DNA from: Candidatus Yonathbacteria bacterium CG_4_8_14_3_um_filter_46_25
GTDB lineage: Bacteria > Patescibacteriota > Minisyncoccia > Phycocordibacterales > UBA1539
Reading direction: 5' to 3'
DNA: 39,862 nt
NCBI GenBank assembly: GCA_002788135.1
Contig: PFQT01000053.1
Coordinates: forward strand, 1-39,862
Made by a program: the position numbers and the translations under genes. The notes below the pieces were generated by a model. That model made no database searches, was not told where the DNA came from, and saw only the letters and a list, made by a program, of their open reading frames with translations. Shown here piece after piece: positions 7,868-17,145 of this stretch; the stretch's first letter is position 1, and every line of letters starts with the position of its first letter.

Positions 7868-9115
7868 TCAGTGGGGAGCGACAATCCCCTGCGCGACGGA
7901 ATGGTCCGTCGCGGCGACTTGCCCGACAACGTTGCCGCTCCCGCCCACATTGGACGTTTGGACCGTCCCGCCCGGCGCGACAATGTGCGGGCCGTTGTTG
8001 TTGGTGGTGTTGTTGTTGACCACTCGATTGACCACCGAGTGGTCACTTTGGTCGACGTCGGCAGTCGCATCCGACGTCGAATTTGACGAGCTGGAGCTAT
8101 ATGTATGCGCCATGCTCGCCCCGCCGGTCGCGTTGATTGTGGGGTTTGCCGTCGCGTTTCCGCCAATGCCCCCCGCGCCGCCGGAAGCGGTATTGGTCGA
8201 ACTGACCACCGTCGGACCGGTGTAGCTCGTCCCGCCAGAACCACCCTCAGCGGTGGTGCTAATATCACCGACTCCGGACGAGCTGGTACTGCCGGCAACG
8301 TTGACCGCTCCGGTCGTAGCACCGCCCGCCGTGTTGGTGTTCTCAACCCGCACCGCGCCTGGCGCAACCGCCACATCGCCACCGGCAACATCGCCGACAT
8401 TGCCGCCGTGGCTCGTCGAAGACGAGTTTGGGTTCGCGGTAACACTCACCGCGCCGCCCGTCATGACGCCGCCGTTTTGCGTTGGGCTGGCAACCGCGCT
8501 GACCGCGCCGTCGGCGAGATTGACGTTCGCGTCACCGCTCGTCGCGGAAACACCGTCAACCGATCCGCCGGTTGAGTTCGCGGCGCCGCCTTCCCCACCA
8601 GTGGCAGTTTGGTCCTGCGCCTGCGACTGGTTACCGCCCTCGTTCGTGAGGGTGGTACTCGCGTTATAGGTCGGCGGAGCAAGGTTTGTCCCGAACGCAC
8701 GCGCCGCTTCCACGTTGCCCGTTGCGATTGCCTCCGCCGCCTGCACATTACCGCTCGCGGTCGCTTGCGCGGCGCGTTCAGCACCTTTGGCGATTTCCCG
8801 CGCGGCAGTCGCGTTGCCGAACGCGGTCGCGATTGCGGCACCGGCGCCGACACCGAAGCCGTCAACCATCGACTGTCCCCAGCCAACGCCCCCGAAACAC
8901 GCCTGCCCGATGGGGATGTCGCGCACGAACGTGTAGGTACACGTTCCCTTGGCACCCCCGTCAAATCCGGTCCCGGTGTCAACCACCATGGACCAGACTC
9001 CATATTTTTCGGCGATGTTCGCCCCCGGCCCCCCAACCTTGGGGACAACGGTTGTTGAGTGCGCACACGCGCACAGACAACACAACGAGATAAGAGAGAT
9101 AAGAACTTTTTTCAC
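7868..9115 (-). CDS. Putative lipoprotein/surface protein with Gly/Ala/Thr/Ser/Asn-rich low-complexity body
   Basis: AAGGAG SD, MKKVLISLISLCCLCAC (lipobox-like), recurrent ATGG/GGAGG/GGNV units; start overlaps the upstream stop (GTGA). Confidence 0.75.
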   Translation of the reverse strand: MKKVLISLISLCCLCACAHSTTVVPKVGGPGANIAEKYGVWSMVVDTGTGFDGGAKGTCTYTFVRDIPIGQACFGGVGWGQSMVDGFGVGAGAAIATAFGNATAAREIAKGAERAAQATASGNVQAAEAIATGNVEAARAFGTNLAPPTYNASTTLTNEGGNQSQAQDQTATGGEGGAANSTGGSVDGVSATSGDANVNLADGAVSAVASPTQNGGVMTGGAVSVTANPNSSSTSHGGNVGDVAGGDVAVAPGAVRVENTNTAGGATTGAVNVAGSTSSSGVGDISTTAEGGSGGTSYTGPTVVSSTNTASGGAGGIGGNATANPTINATGGASMAHTYSSSSSNSTSDATADVDQSDHSVVNRVVNNNTTNNNGPHIVAPGGTVQTSNVGGSGNVVGQVAATDHSVAQGIVAPH

Positions 9116-9795
9116 TCCTTCTCCTTTCCCTCGACATCGACATCGAGGACTTGATACGATTCCTGAATCACCGTAATTGGCGATCCAGTATGGGACACGA
9201 CGACCGAGCCGGTGTCAATCCATGCTCGCCAGCGCGGATACACCGATCCCTCCGTTCTCACCGTCCTGATCCGGTAGCGTTTTGGCAACGGCGGATCAGG
9301 ACGATACTCCGGAGGCGGCTCTTCCGTGACCTCGTCTTCGCTTTCTCCCTCATCTTGCAAAACGTGAATCACGTTTCCGCAATAGAGCGAAAAGGCGGGG
9401 GTGCCGGCAATATAGGCGAATATCTCGCCCGGGTCGCACGGCGCGACGTCCTCACGGTGCCATATGCCAAACTCTCCGGCGTCGTTCACGCGCTCGATTT
9501 CGGGGACGTTTCCTTCCGTCCACGAGCACGTCTCGACGGACGTTATCGCCGCTTCGAGTTCCTCGCGTGACGAAAGCAGGTGCCCCTGCCTCCTTAACCG
9601 CTCAAGGAACTGCGGAAGCGTCACGTAGACACTCACGCCGGGTGTTCCCGACTCGATATCGTCGAGAAGCTCGGCAACGCTCGTCCGAGCCGTTCGCCAC
9701 ACGAACGGATGCCACGTGTCGGACCCGCGTGCCCTGGCCGGGACAAAAAACGTCACCGTGAAGCACAGACAACACAACGAGATAATCTTCTTCAC
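9112..9795 (-). CDS. Hypothetical secreted protein
   Basis: AAAGGAG SD before GTG; MKKIISLCCLCFTVTFFVPARA signal peptide; acidic/Pro-rich linker. Confidence 0.72.
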   Translation of the reverse strand: MKKIISLCCLCFTVTFFVPARARGSDTWHPFVWRTARTSVAELLDDIESGTPGVSVYVTLPQFLERLRRQGHLLSSREELEAAITSVETCSWTEGNVPEIERVNDAGEFGIWHREDVAPCDPGEIFAYIAGTPAFSLYCGNVIHVLQDEGESEDEVTEEPPPEYRPDPPLPKRYRIRTVRTEGSVYPRWRAWIDTGSVVVSHTGSPITVIQESYQVLDVDVEGKEKE

Positions 9796-10173
9796 TCTTT
9801 CTCCTTTGCTGGTTTACCCCAATATAATTCAGGGTTTTTTGTTAATATACTCTGGCGGAAACACTACCACGCCGATGAGAACTGTCAATATCTGTAGGTA
9901 ATGTGCATGCACCGTATGAACATACACTAGGGACTTTCGTCTTCATCATTATAACCACCAACCAATTGAGAAAAACGCCGTTAAAGAACGATGAAATCGT
10001 GCTTGACATGCTCAGCGCGACGCGATCGGCATCATTATCTTGATAAATCTCGGAGCAACCCCGCGCAAACTTTTTTTATTATAATTGTATGCGGCTATGT
10101 AAAGTTATGGTAGTGACAAAAAGCGCGTAGTGGACAATAATCAAAAACACGCCATTGGCATAGGGGGTAAAAT

Positions 10174-10202
10174 TTGACAAAACAAAGGAAGAAACGTAGT
10201 AT
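10174..10202 (+). promoter_or_regulatory. sigma70-type promoter for the 49-aa ORF
   Basis: TTGACA(10174)-17-TAGTAT(10197). Confidence 0.65.
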
Positions 10203-10251
10203 CTTATCAGAGGAGACCCTGTAACACAACCCGAGGGGAAAGGAGGTTCCC

Positions 10252-10401
10252 ATGGAAAACATCATGACGATCGTGGTGGGGGGAGCGGTGGTGGCGGTTG
10301 CGATGTCCTGCTTTATCAAGTTGCAGGAGATCGCAAAGTCGGCGGAGTGCCGACAAAGCACCCGGCTTCCGTGCCGAGTGGTACGGACGCTGTTCGCGTA
10401 A
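10252..10401 (+). CDS. Small (49 aa) single-TM protein, not in the ORF track
   Basis: AAGGAGG SD; MENIMTIVVGGAVVAVAMSCFIKLQEIAKSAECRQSTRLPCRVVRTLFA; own promoter and terminator. Confidence 0.7.
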   Translation: MENIMTIVVGGAVVAVAMSCFIKLQEIAKSAECRQSTRLPCRVVRTLFA

Positions 10402-10406
10402 GTTTC

Positions 10407-10458
10407 AAAGCCCCGCATCGTGTTGTCCGATAGGACACCGGTGCGGGGCTTTCTCTTT
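10407..10458 (+). terminator. Intrinsic terminator
   Basis: AAAGCCCCGCATCG...CGGTGCGGGGCTTT-CTCTTT. Confidence 0.75.
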
Positions 10459-10549
10459 GCCTATAGTACTTGACAGAAATCATCATTACAACAATAATAT
10501 AAGCAGAAAATTTTTTCCCTCATCTAACCTCATCATAAGGAGAAACGAA

Positions 10550-11119
10550 ATGAGCTCGCATAAGAAGATTTTTGCATGCGGAGCGCTCATCGTCTTCGCC
10601 TTATGTGTGGAGACGCGAGCGTATTCCGCCGACGACATCGTCGAGATCACCTACGCGGGCGAAGTTGAGGCGGTGATCGGAGAGGTCGCCGAGGATATTA
10701 ACGGCAAAAAACTCTGCCTCATCGCCGTGCGTATCAGGGATGGCGTGGTGATCCGTGATGCGTTTTATGTAGTACACGAAACGGTCAAGGCGGAGATCGC
10801 ACGTCTGATCTGCGACGCGCGCTACCTCAGCGCCATTGATCCGGATGTGCAGAGTTCCATCCGAACAAATATCGGAACGATAGCAAGGTTGCTGTCGCCT
10901 GATGAGGTTAAGATGATGCGACGCCCCCTGGTGTACGGCAACTGGAACGGACACCAGAAAGCCCTGAAGTTCGCTGTCGCCCGATTGGTGAGTATTGTGC
11001 GCTCGGGAGGCAGAGTTTTCGTTTCCTGCAAGATATTCCCGGAAACGAAAAACCACGCGGCGATAGCGTGGATACAAGACATCGAGGTTGGTGGGAGAAC
11101 GTACGTTCTCACCGACTAG
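10550..11119 (+). CDS. Hypothetical secreted protein (189 aa)
   Basis: TAAGGAG SD before ATG 10550, upstream TTGACA(10470)-17-AATAAT, signal-like KKIFACGALIVFALC. Confidence 0.72.
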   Translation: MSSHKKIFACGALIVFALCVETRAYSADDIVEITYAGEVEAVIGEVAEDINGKKLCLIAVRIRDGVVIRDAFYVVHETVKAEIARLICDARYLSAIDPDVQSSIRTNIGTIARLLSPDEVKMMRRPLVYGNWNGHQKALKFAVARLVSIVRSGGRVFVSCKIFPETKNHAAIAWIQDIEVGGRTYVLTD

Positions 11120-11126
11120 CGCGGAC

Positions 11127-11164
11127 GCGGGCAATGGAGATAAAACTTCGTTGCCCGCCTTTTT
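11127..11164 (+). terminator. Intrinsic terminator between convergent genes
   Basis: GCGGGCAATGGAG/CTTCGTTGCCCGC + TTTTT. Confidence 0.65.
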
Positions 11165-11179
11165 GCAAGAAATCTACTC

Positions 11180-12424
11180 CTATTCATACCGCAGAGCCTC
11201 GATAGGGCTCTTCTGCGATGCCTGTCGCGCCGGATAAATACCGAACACAAGTCCGACCGCCACGGAAACCCCAATCGCAAGAAGTGCGGCGGAAAGCGGA
11301 AGTGTGAAACCCCATGAAGTCCCTACCGTGATAGAGAGTACAAGAGACGCCGCCAAAGAAAGCAGCACACCGCCGAGAATACCAATCAGTCCGCCGGAGA
11401 GCGTCAAAAGGACCGACTCGACCAAAAATTGCGAGAGAATGTCGCGATTTGTCGCACCAAGCGCTTTTCGCAAACCGATCTCGCGAGTACGCTCGGTCAC
11501 GGATACTAACATAATGTTCATAACACCGATCCCGCCGACCACAAGAGAGATGGCGACGACCGACGAAAGGAACGCGGTCAAAACACCAATGATCGTACTG
11601 ATTTGGTCAACCAGACCTTGTTGTGTTTCGATGAAAAAATCGTTCTCGCCGGAATCAGGAATTTTGTGCGAAGTGCGAAGTGTTGCTTCTATGTCACGGA
11701 CCGTTTGCGCCACCACGTCGGGACTCTCCGCACGCATCATGATCTCGTGATAATAGGTGATACCGAGTAAATATTTTTGCGCGGTCGTGTATGGAATCAC
11801 GATCGTTTCATCAACATTAAGGAATGCCGCTTGCCCGTGCGATTCAAAAACACCGACAATTCTAAAATTTTTATCCTTGATTCTAACGTTTTTCCCGACG
11901 GCGGACTCGATACCAAAAAGTTCTTCTTTCACTTTCGCGCCAATAACCGCGACATTGGCGTTCGCGCGAATCTCATCTTCGCCAAAAAGAATTCCCTCGA
12001 CGGGATAGACTTTGAACATCCTGCTTAAGAGCTCCACCGACCATCCGAATGTTGTCGGACGATAGGTTTCACCGCGATAGGAAGCGGTTCCGGACACGAT
12101 GACCGCCGGAACGATTTCAACCAGATCGGGAACATTGCTTTTCTTTTTGAGCGCCGCGACATCGGCGTCTTTGAGCGAATCGGCAAAAAGCGTGTCGGCA
12201 AAATCGGACGGACCGGTTGGTTCTTTCCCGGGACGAACGACGATCGTGTCGGCACCCATCCCCCCTATCTGATCAAGGATCAATTTTTCAGCGCCTTTCC
12301 CGATCGAAACGATCAGCATGATCGAAGCGACTCCAATGACTATCCCAAGGATAGTGAGCAGTGAACGAGTTCGGTGCGTCCAAACGGATGTTCCGGCGGT
12401 TGTGAAAAGATAGCGCAGTTTCAT
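11180..12424 (-). CDS. MacB/FtsX-family ABC transporter permease
   Basis: RSLLTILGIVIGV, VGGIGVMNIMLVSVTERTREIGLRKALGA, PARQASQKSPIEALRYE. Confidence 0.93.
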   Translation of the reverse strand: MKLRYLFTTAGTSVWTHRTRSLLTILGIVIGVASIMLIVSIGKGAEKLILDQIGGMGADTIVVRPGKEPTGPSDFADTLFADSLKDADVAALKKKSNVPDLVEIVPAVIVSGTASYRGETYRPTTFGWSVELLSRMFKVYPVEGILFGEDEIRANANVAVIGAKVKEELFGIESAVGKNVRIKDKNFRIVGVFESHGQAAFLNVDETIVIPYTTAQKYLLGITYYHEIMMRAESPDVVAQTVRDIEATLRTSHKIPDSGENDFFIETQQGLVDQISTIIGVLTAFLSSVVAISLVVGGIGVMNIMLVSVTERTREIGLRKALGATNRDILSQFLVESVLLTLSGGLIGILGGVLLSLAASLVLSITVGTSWGFTLPLSAALLAIGVSVAVGLVFGIYPARQASQKSPIEALRYE

Positions 12425-12425
12425 A

Positions 12426-13145
12426 TTATTTGACAAAATGGCGATTGATACTTTTTGTATCTTCTCTTACTTTCCGATCATTCTCGATACGTCCATCGGC
12501 AAGTGTAATTATTCGCTGTGCGTATTCAGCAGTGTATGTCTCGTGCGTAATAAGAATTATCGTTTTCCCTTGGTGGTGCAAGTTTTCAATGATACCCATT
12601 ACCTGCGCGCCGGATTTTGAATCAAGATTACCAGTCGGTTCATCGGCGAAAACGACCGCCGGGTTGTTGACCAGCGCGCGCGCGATGGCAACGCGCTGTT
12701 TCTCCCCGCCAGATAGGTCCGATGAATGATATCCGATTCGGTGAGAAAGCCCGACTGAATCAACCGCGTGGCGAGCCATCTCGTCCCAAAGTTTTTCGTG
12801 AACATCGGAATACAAAAGTGGAAGTTTGACATTTTCAATCACGGTCGCTTTTGCCAGAAGATTGAACGATTGAAAGACAAACCCCATTCGCTTGTTCCGC
12901 ACTCGCGCGAGCTCGTTCGAAGAATAGTCATCTATTGTTTTCCCGTCGAACCGGTACATTCCTTCCGTGTTCCTGTCCAAAAAACCAAGCACATGAAGCA
13001 GTGTCGATTTCCCTGAACCGGAAGGGCCCATAATCGAAACAAACTCTCCCGCATTGATTGTAAACGACGCTTCCCGCAACGCCTGAGTTTCAACCTTTCC
13101 GGTGTGGTATATTTTCCCTACGTTTTGTGCTTCGATGAGCGCCAT
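12426..13145 (-). CDS. ABC transporter ATP-binding protein (LolD/MacB-like)
   Basis: GPSGSGKST, LSGGEKQRVAIARAL, FADEPTGNLD. Confidence 0.95.
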   Translation of the reverse strand: MALIEAQNVGKIYHTGKVETQALREASFTINAGEFVSIMGPSGSGKSTLLHVLGFLDRNTEGMYRFDGKTIDDYSSNELARVRNKRMGFVFQSFNLLAKATVIENVKLPLLYSDVHEKLWDEMARHAVDSVGLSHRIGYHSSDLSGGEKQRVAIARALVNNPAVVFADEPTGNLDSKSGAQVMGIIENLHHQGKTIILITHETYTAEYAQRIITLADGRIENDRKVREDTKSINRHFVK

Positions 13146-13158
13146 AAGAGATTAGACA

Positions 13159-14730
13159 CTACCGGCTGGTCGGAGTGATGATCACATGGTCGCCTTCTTC
13201 GACACCGGTTATAATCTCGACTCTGCCATGGGAATCGAGTTTCCCGGTCTTGACCGGCACAGTGTCAACAATACCGTTATCTCGCATGATCCGTACCGCT
13301 TTCCCATCACTGTGCGAAAATATGGCACGTGCGGGAACCGATATCACCCCCTCGCGCCGGTCCACGATAATATCAATATTTGCCGTCATCCCCGACCATA
13401 TACGCCCGTCATTGTCATCAAACTCCAGGATTGCCTTATAGGTCGGAACACCTTGAATAATCACTTCAGCAGGATCGACTGAAACAATAGTCGCGCCAAA
13501 GACAACGCCGTTGTACGCGTCAAGAGCGACATCCGCGTGGTCTCCCGTAGAAACATTGATAACATCAACTTCGGGAATATGAGCTTCAATTTTGAATCTT
13601 TTATCCGAAATAATCGAAACAACCGGCGTACCGACAGGAATAATCTCGCCCTGTTTCGCGTCTTGCGCAGTCACGATACCATCCATAGGAGATCGAAGGA
13701 TGGTCTTCGCTATCTGCGCTTTGATATTTTCCATATTTGCTTGCGCAGATCGTACCCGCGCATCCTGCGCGGCCCGGTCTTCCGCCGTGGCAGGAGCTTG
13801 TGTTAGAGTCAACTCGTTGAGAGAAAGAGAGAGGTTTGACTCAGTCGATAAAAGTTTTTCTTCGGCTGATGAAAGATTGACAATGGCGGCGTTGATATTC
13901 GTCCGTGCCATCGACACGTCGGATTTATAGCCATCAATGGCCGCTTGGGATAAGGAGGCATTCGCGGTGAGACCGTTCGTCGCAAGCGCAACCGTATCAA
14001 GAAAATCTCTGACTTGCTCAAGATCACGCTGGGATGCGGTGGTAAAATCGAAAAGAGCGCTGTCGGTCGAGATGGAATCGATCAAAGCACCCCATGACGC
14101 AAACATCCCCTCGATGACAAACCTTCTCCACTCAACGTCAACCTTGATCGAGTAATCAACGGCGTATTTGAACTTTGGCTCCGAGCTCTTGGCGTTGTCA
14201 AATAATTGGTCGACATTATTGCGTACCGCGTCGTCCGCTTTCGCGTATGCGTCACGCAACTTGTTCGCAACATCTGTTTTTGCGGCCTCACGAGCAACGC
14301 GCGCACTCTGAACCTTCGCCTCCGCAACGCCGATTTCTTCGAGACGCGCGCCTCTAGTAAGCTTGTCGAGGCGGGCCATTTCTTCTTGAGATGCCGCTGT
14401 GGCTTGACCGAGCGCCGCCACAAGTTCCGATGAATCAATGCTAACAAGTGATTGCCCCGCAATTACTCGATCGCCGACATGCACATGCACATTCGTAGCT
14501 CTACCGCCCTTTTCAAAGCCGAGAGAAACGTCGCTGGACGGTTTCACGCGTCCGGTAACACTCACGTCAAGAACAAAATCACTCTTCTTCGCAACCTCGA
14601 GGTCGTACGCCGTCCCCGTGCGGCTTGAACGAAAGACGAGGAACGCGGCAACAGCGATAATGACGATCACGATTCCGATGAGTGATTTTCGCGGGACACT
14701 CAAAGTCATAATATATTTTTTTATCAGCAT
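13159..14730 (-). CDS. Membrane fusion/periplasmic adaptor protein (MacA/HlyD-like) with a long helical hairpin
   Basis: N-terminal TM, lipoyl halves (VHVGDRV.AGQ; LRSPMDGIV), WSGMTANIDI, VEIITGVEEGD. Confidence 0.88.
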   Translation of the reverse strand: MLIKKYIMTLSVPRKSLIGIVIVIIAVAAFLVFRSSRTGTAYDLEVAKKSDFVLDVSVTGRVKPSSDVSLGFEKGGRATNVHVHVGDRVIAGQSLVSIDSSELVAALGQATAASQEEMARLDKLTRGARLEEIGVAEAKVQSARVAREAAKTDVANKLRDAYAKADDAVRNNVDQLFDNAKSSEPKFKYAVDYSIKVDVEWRRFVIEGMFASWGALIDSISTDSALFDFTTASQRDLEQVRDFLDTVALATNGLTANASLSQAAIDGYKSDVSMARTNINAAIVNLSSAEEKLLSTESNLSLSLNELTLTQAPATAEDRAAQDARVRSAQANMENIKAQIAKTILRSPMDGIVTAQDAKQGEIIPVGTPVVSIISDKRFKIEAHIPEVDVINVSTGDHADVALDAYNGVVFGATIVSVDPAEVIIQGVPTYKAILEFDDNDGRIWSGMTANIDIIVDRREGVISVPARAIFSHSDGKAVRIMRDNGIVDTVPVKTGKLDSHGRVEIITGVEEGDHVIITPTSR

Positions 14731-14762
14731 AAACACACTATGGAAAATAATTGCGGGAGGTC

Positions 14763-15524
14763 CTATTCCGCGTTGAGAATCGCTTCGATCTTCGCTTGAA
14801 CCATCTCAAATGTTTCCGCGCCATCAATCGCGCTTTTCGGGGTACCGTCGGAAGACAGGATCACGCTATACGGCGTACCGCGAGCCCCGGAGAGAACAGC
14901 GTTCTGTATGCTATTACTTATCTTGTTTTGATAAATGTCGGCATTGGAAATACAGCCGTCAAATTGTTGTCGACTAATCCCCACATCTTCCGCCATGCCC
15001 GGAAGAAGCGCGAGGTCGAGACCATTGTTCGACGGCGTAACTTCAAAGATATTATCAAGATATCGCCAAAATGCGTCTTCGCCGGCAAGCGTCGCGACAC
15101 ATTCGGTGGCGACCGCTTCCGCAACCGCTTTTGAGTGCAAATTCTGTATCGGGAAGTGGCGATACACCCATGCCACCTTGCCGTCTTTCCCATATACATC
15201 CATTATCCGGTTCATTGTGTTATGGAACACCTTGCAATAAGGACATTCAATATCGGAATATTCGACGATCTTGACTGGGGCATTCGGATTCCCAATGACA
15301 TGATCCTCCGCGGTGATCGGGGTTACGTTTGTAATCGATGGCTGTTGTGTCAGCCCAGTGGTGACGGGTTGTGCATTGTTCGCCACGGCATTTGCCTGAT
15401 TATTGCCAGTCGGCGCGTTCGTGGCGGAAGAATACCATATTGCTCCGGCGACAAAGGCGCCCGCTATGACAATAGCCAAAGGAACAAGAAAAGTAGTGCC
15501 CGTGCTGGTTCTTTCATTTTCCAT
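14763..15524 (-). CDS. Membrane-anchored DsbA/thioredoxin-fold oxidoreductase
   Basis: GNPNAPVKIVEYSDIECPYCK, YRHFP, GARGTP cis-Pro loop. Confidence 0.92.
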   Translation of the reverse strand: MENERTSTGTTFLVPLAIVIAGAFVAGAIWYSSATNAPTGNNQANAVANNAQPVTTGLTQQPSITNVTPITAEDHVIGNPNAPVKIVEYSDIECPYCKVFHNTMNRIMDVYGKDGKVAWVYRHFPIQNLHSKAVAEAVATECVATLAGEDAFWRYLDNIFEVTPSNNGLDLALLPGMAEDVGISRQQFDGCISNADIYQNKISNSIQNAVLSGARGTPYSVILSSDGTPKSAIDGAETFEMVQAKIEAILNAE

Positions 15525-15648
15525 AATAAAATATCGTGGATAAGTTTTTAATGACATTCATTATATACCAAAATCTCATAAAAATCCACTCTCCACCTTC
15601 TTTCGTTAATAGTTACCTTATGGAGAACATGATACAATAACAGAAACC

Positions 15649-16202
15649 ATGATCAGAGAAAAGGTGCAAAACGGCTTCACGTTGATTGAGCTCTTGGTGG
15701 TCATAGCGATCGTTGGGATCTTGGCATCGGTTGTACTCAGCAATATCAATCTCTCCAGAGAAAAAGCGAGAATCGCGAAAGCGAAGGCGGAATTGCGGCA
15801 AGCACGAAGCGCGATTGCTCTGCTCGAGGACGACACCGCGAAATGACCAAATGGATGTCCTCCCGCCACAGGCGCCAATCCTGAAGTCGCGCTTGATGGC
15901 GCGCAGGCCGCATAAAACAAATACCGGCAGTTCAAGACAACGGCGGCGGATGCGAATGGACGGCAACTGATGTCGCCGCGTGGAAAGGTCCTTATATGGA
16001 TACGCCGATTGACCCGTGGGGAAATTCATATGTGTTTGATCCGGATTATCACGCTGACCCAATCACTGACGTGCGAGAGGATTGCCCGATAGCGGGAAGC
16101 AATCCGGGTGTGCCGTCGATTGTCGTGGTTTACTCACCGGGACAAAATGGCTCGGCGATAAACGATTACGACTGCGACGATATCCTTTATCCGCTATATT
16201 AA
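15649..16202 (+). pseudogene. Type IV pilin/GspG-like pseudopilin broken by a nonsense codon and a 1-bp frameshift
   Basis: [17 protein letters not shown]; TGA at 15844; frame change near 15910; resumes WKGPYMDTPIDPWGNSY. Confidence 0.82.
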
Positions 16203-16678
16203 AACTCACTAGCAAAATCTTTCACATCAGCAAGTACATCGCCCGGATGTGTCGCAGGTTTCACTTTTTTGTAATGCTTGAGGATCGTGCCGTCTTTCCC
16301 GATGAGAAATGAATCGCGCCTAACACCCATATATTTTTTCCCGAACATTGACTTCTCCACCAGCACGCCGTAACGATCGGCGATTTTTCTGTCTTCATCC
16401 ACCAAAAGCGGGAAATCGAGCGAATTCTTTTTGCAGAATTTTTGATGCGAGACGGCACTGTCGGCGCTCACCCCGAGCAACCGCACTCCGAGTTTTTCCA
16501 ATTCCTTACCCACTTTTTGAAATTCAATCGCCTCGACCATGCATCCCGGCGTCATGTCTTTCGGGTAAAAATAAAGCAAAACCATTTTCCCGCGATAATC
16601 GGAAAGTCGGTGAATCACGCCATTGTGGTCCGATAATTCAAATTCAGGAGCTTTTTTGAGGATTTTTTCGTTTGTCAC
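16199..16678 (-). CDS. bcp: Thioredoxin-dependent peroxiredoxin (BCP/PrxQ)
   Basis: LYFYPKDMTPGCMVEA, EKSMFGKKYMGVRRDSFLI. Confidence 0.9.
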   Translation of the reverse strand: MTNEKILKKAPEFELSDHNGVIHRLSDYRGKMVLLYFYPKDMTPGCMVEAIEFQKVGKELEKLGVRLLGVSADSAVSHQKFCKKNSLDFPLLVDEDRKIADRYGVLVEKSMFGKKYMGVRRDSFLIGKDGTILKHYKKVKPATHPGDVLADVKDFASEF

Positions 16679-17124
16679 AGATACTGCAATTCTTCTGCTG
16701 ATGGAGGATTCAAGACATCGGTAAATTCATATATATCACTTAAAACAATAACCTTGGGAAAACAAAACGAGAGCTGTATCGCGGCAATCCCGCGAGGAAC
16801 AAGAATTGCCTTTATGATGCCGCCGGCTTCTTTGCACTTATCGAGGTCGATGTCGTATCGTATGATTCTTATCGTGTAATCGGGACAAACATCGGAGCAA
16901 GGAAAAACAACTCGTACAGGAATTCCGTGATGGGAGCCGATGATCATCCTCTTTCCCCACATTTTTTCTTTACTAAATCGCGCTTGAGCATAACTTAAAA
17001 GTTCCTCATCGGATAGTTCTGATGTCCCGTCATAAAGTGCTCCATTTTTATAGTCCATAAACATCCATGCCGCCATAACAACCATGACGACCGCGACGAA
17101 TGAAATTACAACTTTTTTGTTCAT
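16675..17124 (-). CDS. Hypothetical membrane-anchored protein with four Cys
   Basis: N-terminal TM; FPCSDVCPD, CKEAGG, FCFP; stop overlaps the bcp start. Confidence 0.75.
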   Translation of the reverse strand: MNKKVVISFVAVVMVVMAAWMFMDYKNGALYDGTSELSDEELLSYAQARFSKEKMWGKRMIIGSHHGIPVRVVFPCSDVCPDYTIRIIRYDIDLDKCKEAGGIIKAILVPRGIAAIQLSFCFPKVIVLSDIYEFTDVLNPPSAEELQYL

Positions 17125-17145
17125 GCTTTTTTGCTATTTCGTAAT

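Noticed and set aside
10298-10549. N-terminal 84 aa of the 273-aa ORF
   Set aside because: Spans the small ORF, a terminator and a promoter; the SD supports a start at 10550.
15844-15846. In-frame TGA in the pilin as evidence of UGA recoding (code 4 or 25)
   Set aside because: Conserved genes here (alr, rpoC, sufT, engB) end properly at TGA and none has internal TGA; the pilin also has a frameshift.
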